A stretch of 63,729 bases of DNA, the filler included, from Reclinomonas americana ATCC 50394 (taxonomy: Eukaryota), in assembly GCA_048213135.1 (NCBI GenBank). It is 4 parts of 3 records of this genome, joined end to end, with 100 filler letters (N's around TTAATTAATTAA, not from the genome) between each part and the next. Parts side by side here need not be neighbours in the genome. Positions count along the whole stretch, not along the records: positions 1 to 19,785 come from PS015643.1; 3 more parts are not named here. One strand, given 5' to 3'. Position numbers and translations under genes: made by a program. This document shows, piece by piece, positions 1 to 10,951 of the stretch (positions are counted from its first letter, which is position 1; each line of letters begins with the position of its first letter). The notes under the pieces were generated by a model. It worked only from the letters and a program-made list of their open reading frames with translations, made no database searches and had not been told where the DNA came from.

Positions 1-220
1 CCTCTCCCTCTCCCTCTCCCTCTCCCTCTCCCTCTCCCTCCCCCTCTCCCTCTCCCTCTCTCTCCCTCCCTCTCCCTCCCCCTCTCCCTCTCCCCCTCCC
101 TCCCCCTCCCTCACCTTCCTCTCCCTCACCCTCTCCCTCTCCCTCTCCCCTCTCCCTCTCCCTCTCCCTCTTCTCTCTCCCTCTGTCCCTCTCCCTCCCT
201 CGCCCTTCCCCCTCCCTCCC
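1..220. repeat. (CCCTCT)n-type polypyrimidine microsatellite, intronic
   Basis: Directly visible; followed by the acceptor cag at 234-236. Confidence 0.9.
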
Positions 221-236
221 CGTTTCCCCAATGCAG

Positions 237-1080
237 GAAGTGCTGATTGGCGCACTCAGCCGCGACGAGTGGGTCGCCAGGGAGGTGCAGCAGTATCTGG
301 TGCTGGATCGGTTGCCGGCACTGAATGAGATTCGCAATGGCTTCTGGCTGGCCGTGCGACACTTGGAGTTTTGTGTTGCAACCTGCCCAGCCCTTTCCCC
401 ATGCACTTGTCATACTCACCTTGTTGCAGTGCCGAGCACATTATGAAGCTGTTTGGCTGGCGCGATCTCGAGTACGCTCTCTCGCCTGGCACTCGCATCA
501 CTGTCGACGCCATGGTTGGCTGCGCTTGCTTCTCGACCTCCTCTTTCTGTAATATATGCTGACGCGCGTGTGTATTCGCACAGATGGCGCAAGTGTGCAC
601 CGAAGGCCCGTCGTCGCTCAGCCTGGTGGCGTGGCTGCGTCGTTGCGTGGGCCTCAGCACTTTCACAGGACCACACATGCTGTCTCGCTCACCTTTGAGT
701 GCATGCAGAGCTGTTCTACACATGGGTCCTGAACGATCCGCAGCGGTGCCTCGAGTTTATCGAGCTGACCACCGGTCGCCGCCGTTGCGTCTTGCGCTCT
801 CACGAGGAGCATGTATTGTAGTGCATGCAATCTCACTCCCCCCAACGCACTCCGCCCAGGCATTCCCACTGGTCGCGTTCCGCAGTGCAACCAAATTCAG
901 ATTACCATGTCCTCGGATATTCGTGCACTGGTGTGCGCCAACCGACAAGTGCTGTTGCCGCTGGTGCGGACGGGTGATGCTTTTGCGCAGCTGATTGAGC
1001 AGAAACTGGACTCGGTGTACGGCAACATCATTGTCGTCAAGGAGCAACGCAAGCGTAACCCGTACGCCAACAGGCGCTGA
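237..1080 (+). CDS. HECT-like E3 ubiquitin ligase, C-terminal exons (5' part outside window)
   Basis: Spliced exons read YLVLDRLPALNEIRNGFWLA / HIMKLFGWRDLEYALSPG / LFYTWVLNDPQRCLEFIELTTG / DIRALVCANRQVLLP...IEQKL. These follow the HECT pattern AFREGF..LF..ELE..; FW.....FL.FVTG; AHTC.N.L.LP. Putative catalytic Cys at 934-936; stop TGA at 1078-1080. Confidence 0.7.
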
Positions 1081-1281
1081 GGTGACAACAGTTTAACTAA
1101 ACGATGGCATTTCCTAAACAAAGGGCACAATTGTATTCCATTCAGAACCTAACAAGAACAGAGAGATAGACAATATGTGTCGGCATTGCGCGACACGAAG
1201 AACTATAGCGAAAAAGACATAAGACCAAAACATACAAGAGACACAAATACAGAGCGAGAAGAGACACGCCTTCTGGAGTCG

Positions 1282-4200
1282 TCACTTTGCTGTTGGCGAC
1301 AAAGACGACAACGAGGTGGGGGTAGAGGTGCGTGTAGACCTCGTCCGCCGAGTGGCACACAAGTCGACACATGAGAGGACCAGCTTGCGACAAATGTGGC
1401 GCAGGTCGGCCGCCACATGTGCACCGTGACGCATGCTGACGATCGGCGCAAACGAATCCGAGTTGGCGAAGAGTTGCGCGAGTTCTGCGTCGTGCAACAC
1501 GCCTTCGAGAATGCGACTGACATACGATGCCGTCTCCGAGTCCGAGCTGTACGAGATCAGCATGTGGGCCAGGCGTCCGAGACCGTCGGCGCGCATGAAA
1601 CGACGGAGGTAGTCGGACTTGAATGTCGGCTGCGTCAATATGGTATCGAGCAGGTGACACACGGTCTGCGCACTGTCGCGATCCACCACCACCGTCTGAT
1701 TGGGTTGCATGGCTTCGCAGATGATCTCCAGCCCCTCGGCGGCAACAAACTGCGCCGCTGGAGGCGCGGTCGTCGGTCCGAGACCTCTCGCATGCAACAA
1801 CACGGCAATGAATCTGGTGGCCTGCACAAAGAGCTCCACTTCGTCGGCCGCCCACGCCAACTGCAGCAGCTGCACAAGTGCAGCAATTGCGCCGCAGTCG
1901 ACAAAGAGTGCACACAGCGCTGCATCTACACACATTTCCCACGGAGATGAGAAATGAAGGTGCAATGACGACGACAGAGGCACACGCAACTCTCAGGTCG
2001 CTGCAGAACGTCGCCCAACTCGATAAATGTCGACTCCATCATCATTTCGTCCTCCTCCCAATCGTCTCTCTTCGGGGCGTCGGCCACGCGACGCAAGATG
2101 GCGGCCGATTCATTCCACACACCAATGGCGGCACGAACGCCATCACGGCCGCACACCACGGTTATAGCGTCGATGCGGATTTCTGCAGGTGGTAGAAGGT
2201 ATGGAGATGAGGGAGGAAAGGGAGAGAGATTGACAGAAGACGCGAGCGAGCGAGGAATCAGCAACATTTAAGGGGGAAAGGAGTCAATTACGACGTCAGA
2301 AAGAGAGAGAGTGCGTGTGTGTAAGAGAGAGAAACAACAATCATGGCATCGAATCGGCCTCTCAAGAACAGCGATAATAAAAGCCATGAGGAAGAGGACA
2401 AGTCTTGTGATGCATCGCAACTGCGAAAAATGCACATAGGAGCCAGGGCACGTAGCACGAAGGCGGTGTGGGGAGAGTGCGCAAAACCAACCTGCCGGGC
2501 AGCAGCGCACGAGCATGTGCCAAATCAGCTCCTTGTAAAACAAGTCCACTGTGTCTGATTCCAGCAGCGAGTGTAGTAGCCGCAAGAGTACTATGCGCAG
2601 CGCGAGTGGTGAGCCAGCACTGCCACTCACCGTCGATCGAAAGAGTCACGTTACCTTGGTGACCGTGAAAGCATTCAACAAAAACGCGAATCAGTTCGAG
2701 TGACGCTCGACTCCGAGGCGCTGAGGAGGACACAAAGTTGCGGTGAGAAGAGGGAATGACCGCGACGGAAGTGTCACTCCAGACGCAACGTGACATGATG
2801 GCAGCGTTGAGAATCTGCAACGCAGGCTCGAGGCCGCCGTATTGTGGTGGTCGCAACACATTGTTCGACAAGAATGTGAGCAGCACCTGCAACCCGTCGG
2901 CCGCAAAGAATCGGCAAAACTGTTGCGGAAGGAAGCGCAGAGCGGAACCGAGGGTGGTCCATGCTTGCCAGAGCGCGAGGCGCGGAGCCGAACTGCAAAG
3001 AAAGAGAATGAGCAGACAGTGGCGTGCGCTGTTGTTACAGACACAAAGAGGCACGCAACGTGTTGCCGATAACAGACAAACACAATTCAATGCCACTGCT
3101 GGTCACGTACTCCTGAGCAAACGATACTCCGGCTGTGCACCACAGGCGAATGAAAATCCCTTCACTCCCCTCCTCGCAAAGGCGCCAGAAATATGACGTA
3201 CCGCGCACGTACAACCGGAGCACGTTGAGGGCCACTGTTAGAGTCTCCCAATTGCTCGTTGCGAAACTCTGCTGGACACAGCGCACCACGTCGGCAACAC
3301 CGTACACGCCAGTGAGCATCACCACACTTGAGTCGGTCAACAGTGCTGCGGCGAACAGGGGGATAAGCCAACGGGTCAACATGATGATGATCGCAGCTAA
3401 ACGCAACTTGGAGACGGGGTCGCCTCAGTGAACATGGTGGTCAGCACGGTGGCCAACGATTCCAACGCATTCGCACTCGGCACCACATTCCTCTCCAGCA
3501 GGTGGCGCAGGTGGCTGCCGAGTGTCTCGATGAGACTCAGCCCTGCGACCGCACACAAATCGTCAGAGGCAATCTCTCTCTCTCTTTTCTCTCCCCCTTT
3601 CCTCCACGGTCGCAGACGCAACATCGCCCACCACGCGCTGTGGGAGTCATCACAGACAGCATCATCTCGGCCGTCTCCACCACCTGTCACTCGCGACTGT
3701 GATGAGCATTGATCACGGTCGATCCCTTTTCCCCCTCTAGCTCTCACCCTTGGCGATTCGACGGCACTCTGTCGCAGAATGCACAACACGAGAGGCAGGA
3801 AATCTGCCGGCAGCACCTCGAGGCATGCTGCACGAACGCACTGGAGCACGGCGAACGGCACGACGGGCAGAGTGGGGACCAGCTTCGCCAAATCCGCCCG
3901 CACCATGTTCATCTCCGCCAATTCGTGCTCCGTGAGGGCCGAGCCCACGGGCCCCGCCAGCACCAGCCCCACCAGTTCGGGCAAACACAGCAGGCGACAG
4001 CCCTGTATGCAGAGCTTGCGCAGCGACTTGGGCAGCTGTTGCACATGCTCGCTCAGCGACTGTATCGCGGTCAGCCGTAGGTCGAGCGATTGCAGTGAGC
4101 GCGGGAGTTTCGACCAGTCCAAGAAGCCGTGAAGGCCCGGGTTGCCCGACAGGTTCAGCTCGGTGAGTCGCGAGTCGAAGCAGGAGGCCTGCGTAGCAGA

Positions 4201-5930
4201 TTACCACAACAAATAGGAGAAAGAGAGCGGGAGGCAGATAGATGCTGCACGCAACATCCAACAGCACCAATGCGCTTGGCGGTTTGACAGGGTGATGCAG
4301 CTGCGGCCATCCGGTGGACTCGGTCGCCGGAATGCAGCCGACCAGGGAGAGGCGCAGCAGGCGAGGGAAGCAGCGCTTGGCGGCGTGCAGAGTGTACGTG
4401 ATGCGGCGCAGGGAGGGACCGTCGGCGACGGACGGGAGTGTCTCGGTGTCGGCGGACTTGATCATTTCTGGGCGCGAGAGGAAGTGAGCGAAGAGGAGGA
4501 GCGGGGAGAGACATCGCAGTGACAGACCTTCACATGTCCGAAACTCCATAAGCAGCTGCGAAGAATACGGAATGGTCAGCGCATGAAGGATGTGGTGAGA
4601 AGAAGGAATGCCTGCGCGCAACTTCCACCAATGCCGACTCCACAAAGGCGCAGAATTGGCGCGAGGTGGTCCACAGAGCGTTGAAGTCGTCGATGGTGAG
4701 GTAGGAGAACACCTGCAACACGCGCGAGGAATGAGAGTCCGACGCATGCCAAGATTCCGACAATCAGGCTTCTCTCACGACCGACGGTGAGAGAAGGAAG
4801 GAAGAATATCACATTGCGACAACATGGATGTGCCACGTGTCAGTTTCTTCATGGAATGCGTACACGACGCTGCATATACAAGGGGAGGGAGGGCGGAAGG
4901 AAGAGAGATGGGAGGGCAGTGATACAGAGAGGCAGAATGAGAGCAGGAGGGCACAAAGAAGACGATCAGCCAAGATCCCGACAATCTGTGACAACATGCG
5001 TCTCGCATAATTCAATCTCTCTCACGCCTGACAGACGAGTGACACGTGTACAGAAAGGAATGAGACACCAGGAAAGGTGCAGGGAAGCGCGGGAAACGAG
5101 ATGCATCCACGAAGATCAGCGTTGACAATCAACCAAGAAGATCCCGACAACCCGCGACATCACGGCTCTCACACAGATGTCGATCGCCCTCAGACGAGTG
5201 ACACGTGTACAGGAAGAACTGAGAGAGCAAGAGAGTGGCAGAGAGAGAGGCAGGGAGGAGCAGGAAACGGAATGCATCCACGAAGATCCCGACAATCCGT
5301 GACGACATGGATCTCACACAGATTTCGATCTCTCTCGCCTGAGACACGAGTGGCACGTGTACAGGAAGGAGTGAGAGAGGCAGAGAGGTGCAGAAAGGCA
5401 CAGGAAAGCGAGTGCGTCCACGACAATTCCGACATGGATCTCACCAATCTCTTCTCTCCTCTCGCTTCCCTCCATCGCACCGCACCGAGCATGAACACAG
5501 CGAGAACCCTCTGCCACTCTCTCTCTCACACACACACGCGAGGAGAGACACAAGGAGACACCCACACAAGAGAGACCGAACAATGCGAAGTGTTCGACTT
5601 CTCTCTCTCTCTCTCTCCTCCCCACACACTCACCAGCTGCCAACACTCCACAGGCAACCCGCGACTCAGCAACTGATCACTGACCCAATCCATCAACACC
5701 ACCGGTGCACCAGTGGACGACGATGACATTCCCACAAAAGTCGATGAAGAAGAAGAACAAGGAGGTGCCTGCTGCATCACTGCATCGCCCTCATCGTCGT
5801 CATCGTTGTCACTGAGATCATCATCGTTTTCTTCATCGTCGTTGAAGGCGTCGACATCCACAGGAGCATACACAGTTCCACTTTTGTGTAGTCGGTGACT
5901 TTGATGGAGAAGAGGTTGCTCGTCGTCCAT
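1282..5930 (-). CDS. F-box + LRR + ARM/HEAT-like helical protein (multi-exon)
   Basis: Exon 1 (5930-5634) spliced to the exon starting at 4712 gives the F-box LPVECWQL|VFSYLTIDDFNALWTTSRQF. LRRs follow (LTELNLSGNPGL..LQSLDLRLTAI..LRKLCIQGC), then Leu-rich helical exons. Introns I traced are phase-consistent to the TGA at 1282. Confidence 0.7.
4960..5445. repeat. Degenerate tandem repeat (~150-170 bp unit, about 3 copies) inside F-box gene intron 1
   Basis: Recurring aagatcccgacaa..gtgacacgtgtacag..atgcatccacgaagatc blocks. Confidence 0.8.
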
Positions 5931-6147
5931 TTGTCACAGGCGCACACTCGCGGGGTGGCGCAGTGCGCGCGCGTGTGTGTGTGAGAGAGAAAAAAAGGAG
6001 TGTGTGCGTGTGCGTGCGTGTGTGCGTGCGTGAGATCCGCTCTCGGCGATTGTGCGACGGAAATGGCTGAAACCGAGCCAATTCAATCAATCTGTCAATG
6101 AAAACGCGTTTATCGCGATTTGGGTTTTATAACTCGAACCCTCTGCA

Positions 6148-6240
6148 AACGGCAGCACAGCTGCATATCACCATCTTGAGTGAGCACCAGTAACTGAGAT
6201 GTCGATGTCGACGCGGTTGTTGCAGTGAAACCACGGAAGT
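6148..6240. repeat. Dispersed homologous segment, copy 1 (copy 2 at ~61448-61548)
   Basis: Shared cacagctgcat..atcaccatcttgagtgagcaccag..gtgaaaccacg. Confidence 0.75.
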
Positions 6241-6651
6241 CGAGGACTTCGGAGAGTTGAGTCCTATTCGGAATACCGGCGAGGTGGCTAGCTCTCTGGA
6301 GAGAGGAAGCCCTTTAGGAGAGGACATGTGAGTCATCTTGTTGTTGCCTCCGTGTTTGCTGCTCTCCTCTTTCGGATCCAAACTCCATCTGGGAATCCAT
6401 AAAATTTAAAGAGCCAAGAAGTTCACGCAATGAAGTCTGCGAAGCAGCAGTGCTTGTCGATCGTGACGACGACGATAGCGGCTATTGCTCACGTCAGTTC
6501 CAGTCTTCTGTCCATCAGCATCAACGTTCTCGATGGTGAACTTCACCAATGACATGTACACTACTACTTCACAACACTGCAATAATACCTTGGCCGCAGC
6601 GACAAATGACCTTGGCACATAGAAAACATACAATATAATCTTCTTCTTCTC

Positions 6652-6766
6652 CCACAAAATGATACAATCGGGCTTACTGGCGACCATCGCCTCCTTCTGC
6701 AGCCCGCGCGCACGACGGGTGTGGGCGTCTGCCGCCTTGCGCTTTACGCATGAACGCCAGCATATG
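6652..6766 (-). CDS. Probable degenerate 3' end of NLR1
   Basis: One frame reads HMLAFMRKAQGGRRPHP...*, which resembles the TPR unit EVLALRREVLGDRHP. It follows the TPR contig if that contig is flipped, but the frame is off by 1 nt at a flush join. Confidence 0.5.
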
Positions 6767-7100
6767 NNNNNNNNNNNNNNNNNNNNNNNNNNNNNNNNNN
6801 NNNNNNNNNNNNNNNNNNNNNNNNNNNNNNNNNNNNNNNNNNNNNNNNNNNNNNNNNNNNNNNNNNNNNNNNNNNNNNNNNNNNNNNNNNNNNNNNNNNN
6901 NNNNNNNNNNNNNNNNNNNNNNNNNNNNNNNNNNNNNNNNNNNNNNNNNNNNNNNNNNNNNNNNNNNNNNNNNNNNNNNNNNNNNNNNNNNNNNNNNNNN
7001 NNNNNNNNNNNNNNNNNNNNNNNNNNNNNNNNNNNNNNNNNNNNNNNNNNNNNNNNNNNNNNNNNNNNNNNNNNNNNNNNNNNNNNNNNNNNNNNNNNNN

Positions 7101-10100
7101 NATCACGCACGAGCTCGGTGCGCGGCAGCATTGTGGGTAGCCGCGCGACGTGTGTACGGTGCTGCGGTCTTTCTGGAAGGCCATCTGAAGACAGTCGAGG
7201 CTGGCGACGATGCGATGCTGGTTGCAGACCTGCGGTATGCGTGCGCGACGTGCCTGCAGAGCATTGGCCGCCACTCCGATGCCGCGCAGCTGCATCGGGA
7301 GGTGTTGGCTGTGCGGCGTGACGTGCTTGGTGACAGACATTTGGACACGATTTCGTCCATGGGCAGTCTCGCCGTCTGCATTAGGGCCTCCGGCGACTTG
7401 CCTGCAGCCGAGCGACTGTTTCGCGAGGTGCTTGAACTGAGGCGAGAGGTGCTTGGCGACCGACATCCAGACACGATGGCCCACATGAACCATGTCGCCC
7501 ACTGCATGCATGCCAGCGGCGACTTTGCCGGTGCTGAGCAGCTGTGTCGCGAGCATTTGGCTTTGAGGCAGGAGGTGCTGGGTGACCGCCATCCGGATAC
7601 GCTGTTGGCCATGAACAATCTTGCCTTCGGCATTCAGGCCGCTGGCAAAGTTGCCGAAGCCGAGCAACTGTATCGAACGGCGCTGGTGATGCAGCGTGAG
7701 GTGCTTGGTGATAGGCATCGGGACACGCAGCTGTCCATGAGCAATCTTGCCCGCTGCTTGCTGGAGGGCGGCAATGTCGCTGAAGCGGAACGATTGTCTC
7801 GAGAGTTGTTTATGTTGAAGAGCGAGGTTCTTGGCGACGAGCATTCGGATACGCTGTCGTCTATGGACTATATCGCCAGCTGCATCCAGAGCAGCGGTAG
7901 TAATCACCGCGAGGCCGAGCGACTGTATCGAGAGGTACTGACGTTGAGACGCGAGTTGCTTGGCGAGAAGCACCCGGATACGCTTGCCTCCATGGACGAT
8001 TTGGCCATGTGCATCCGCACAAGCGGCCAGAATCTCGACGACGCCGAGCAATTGTGTCGAGAGGTGTTGGCTCTTCGACGGGGAGAGCTCGGTAAGAAGC
8101 ATCCGAGCACGTTGGCGACTGTGAATTGTCTCGCCAGCTTCATGAAGGATCGTGGCAAGTTTACTGAAGCCGAGCGTCTGTATCGGAAGGTGTTTCAGTT
8201 GCAGATGGAGGTGCTCGGAGCCCAACACCCTGCCACGCTGACATGTAAGCACAATCTTGCCGTCTGCTTCCACAAGAGCGGCAATCTCACCGAAGCCGTG
8301 CGCCTGTATCGGGAGGTTTTGTTGTTCCTGCGCGGTGGGTTTGGAGTCCGACATCCGGACACGCTGAAATGCATGCGCAATCTTGCCAACTGTCTCAACG
8401 ACAGCGGCAATGTCGCCGAGGCCGAGCGATTGTATCGGGAGCTTCTGGCGTTGACGCGTGCGGTGCATGGTGACAGGCATCCGGAAACGCTGGAATCCAA
8501 GTGCTGTCTCGCCATGTGTGCCAACAACAGCGGCAACCTCGCCGAAGGCGAACGACTGTATCGAGAGGTGCTGGCCGTGAAGCGTGAGGTGCTTGGCAAC
8601 AGGCATCCAGACACGCTGGCTTCCATTGACAGTCTCGCCGTTCTTGTCCGACACAGGGGCAATGCTGTGGAGGCCCAGCGTCTGTTTCGGGAGGTGTTGG
8701 CGGTGAGACGAGAGGTGCTTGGAGACAGGCATCCGAACACGTTGTCGTCCATCCACAACGTCGCTCGGGGCATCGACGCCAGTGGCGATCTCGCAGAAGC
8801 CGAGCGCCTGTATCGGGAGCTGTTGACATTGATGCGTGTGGTACATGGTGACAGGCATCTGGACACGCTCAAGGTCATGAACAATTACGCCATCTGCCTT
8901 CAGCTGAGGAATAATCTCGCCGAGGCAGAGCTTCTGCATCGGGAGTTGGTGGTGTCGATGCGTGAGACGGTTGGTGAGCATCATCCACAGACGCTGGAGT
9001 CTATCTACATGCTCGCCGTCTGTCTTCGAGCACACGGCAAACTCGCCGAGAGCGAGCCACTGCTCCGGGAGGCGTTGGTATTGAGGCGCAATGTTCTTGG
9101 TGACAAGCATGCAGACACGCTCACCTCCATGAACACGCTCGCTCTCTGCCTCCAGGACAGGGGCAATCTCGTCGAAGCCGAGCAATTGTTTCGCGAGGTG
9201 TTGGCGCTGAGGCGTCAAGTGTTTGGCAACAGACATGAACACACGCTGGTGTCCGTCTGTTGTCTCGCCATCTGCATACAGGCTGTCGGCCAGTTCGCCG
9301 AAGCCGAGCGACTGTATCGGGAATTGTTGGCACACGGACGTGAGGTGCTCGGTGATCTGTACGCACAGACACTGATATCGATGAACATCCTCGCTCTCAG
9401 CGTTCAGGAGAAAGGTCACTTCTCTGAAGGCGAGCGACTGCTTCGAGAGTTGTTGGTGTTGCAGCGCGAGATGGTCGGTGACCGGCATCCGAACGTGCTG
9501 ACGACCCTGAAGAATCTCGGCAAGTGCGTCTACAAGAGCGGCAACCTCCCCGAGGCCGAGCGACTGACTCGGGAGGTGCTGGCGTATCAACGTGAGGTGT
9601 TTGGTGACCGGCATCCGGACACACTGGAGACCATGGACAATATCGCTGTGCTCATGAAGGACACTGGCAACCTTGCCGAGGCCGAGCGACAGTATCGGGC
9701 GTTGCTGGCGTTGAGAAAAGAGGTGCTCGGCGACCGGCATCCAGTCACGCTGACGACCATGAGCGATCTCGCCCACTGCGTTGTGCTTCGCGGCCACTTC
9801 ACCGAAGCCGCGCGACCGTATCGGGAGACGTTGGAGTTGCATCGTGCGGTGCACGGCAACAGGCACCCAGACACACTGACGTCCATGTACAACCTCGCCG
9901 TCTGCATGCTGCCGAGCAACAACTTTGCCGAAGCCGAGCCACTGTTTCGGGAGGTGTTGACATTGCGGCGTGAGCTCCTTGGCGACAAGCACCCAGAGAC
10001 GCAGGTCGCCGTGTGCAGTCTCGCCTATTGCACCTTTGTCATCGGCAACACCACGGAAGCCGAGCAACTGTGTCGGGAGTTGTTTGCGTTGAACCGTGAG

Positions 10101-10206
10101 GTGTTTGGCGACCAGTGTGCACCGCTCCTCGTGATCATGTACAACCTCGCCATTCGTGTCCGTGGAGGCGGCACCAGCGCCGCCGACGCCGAGCGGCGGT
10201 TCCAAA
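7101..10206 (+). CDS. TPR array (~24 x 42 aa, kinesin-light-chain-like) of NLR1; contig placed in inverted orientation
   Basis: Uninterrupted ORF with consensus AEAERLYREVLALRREVLGDRHPDTLxSMxxLAxC and 23 HP-type linkers. The start (T)AT CAC GCA CGA joins flush and in frame to the minus-strand end at 10952. Confidence 0.9.
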
Positions 10207-10951
10207 NNNNNNNNNNNNNNNNNNNNNNNNNNNNNNNNNNNNNNNNNNNNNNNNNNNNNNNNNNNNNNNNNNNNNNNNNNNNNNNNNNNNNNNNNNNNNN
10301 NNNNNNNNNNNNNNNNNNNNNNNNNNNNNNNNNNNNNNNNNNNNNNNNNNNNNNNNNNNNNNNNNNNNNNNNNNNNNNNNNNNNNNNNNNNNNNNNNNNN
10401 NNNNNNNNNNNNNNNNNNNNNNNNNNNNNNNNNNNNNNNNNNNNNNNNNNNNNNNNNNNNNNNNNNNNNNNNNNNNNNNNNNNNNNNNNNNNNNNNNNNN
10501 NNNNNNNNNNNNNNNNNNNNNNNNNNNNNNNNNNNNNNNNNNNNNNNNNNNNNNNNNNNNNNNNNNNNNNNNNNNNNNNNNNNNNNNNNNNNNNNNNNNN
10601 NNNNNNNNNNNNNNNNNNNNNNNNNNNNNNNNNNNNNNNNNNNNNNNNNNNNNNNNNNNNNNNNNNNNNNNNNNNNNNNNNNNNNNNNNNNNNNNNNNNN
10701 NNNNNNNNNNNNNNNNNNNNNNNNNNNNNNNNNNNNNNNNNNNNNNNNNNNNNNNNNNNNNNNNNNNNNNNNNNNNNNNNNNNNNNNNNNNNNNNNNNNN
10801 NNNNNNNNNNNNNNNNNNNNNNNNNNNNNNNNNNNNNNNNNNNNNNNNNNNNNNNNNNNNNNNNNNNNNNNNNNNNNNNNNNNNNNNNNNNNNNNNNNNN
10901 NNNNNNNNNNNNNNNNNNNNNNNNNNNNNNNNNNNNNNNNNNNNNNNNNNN

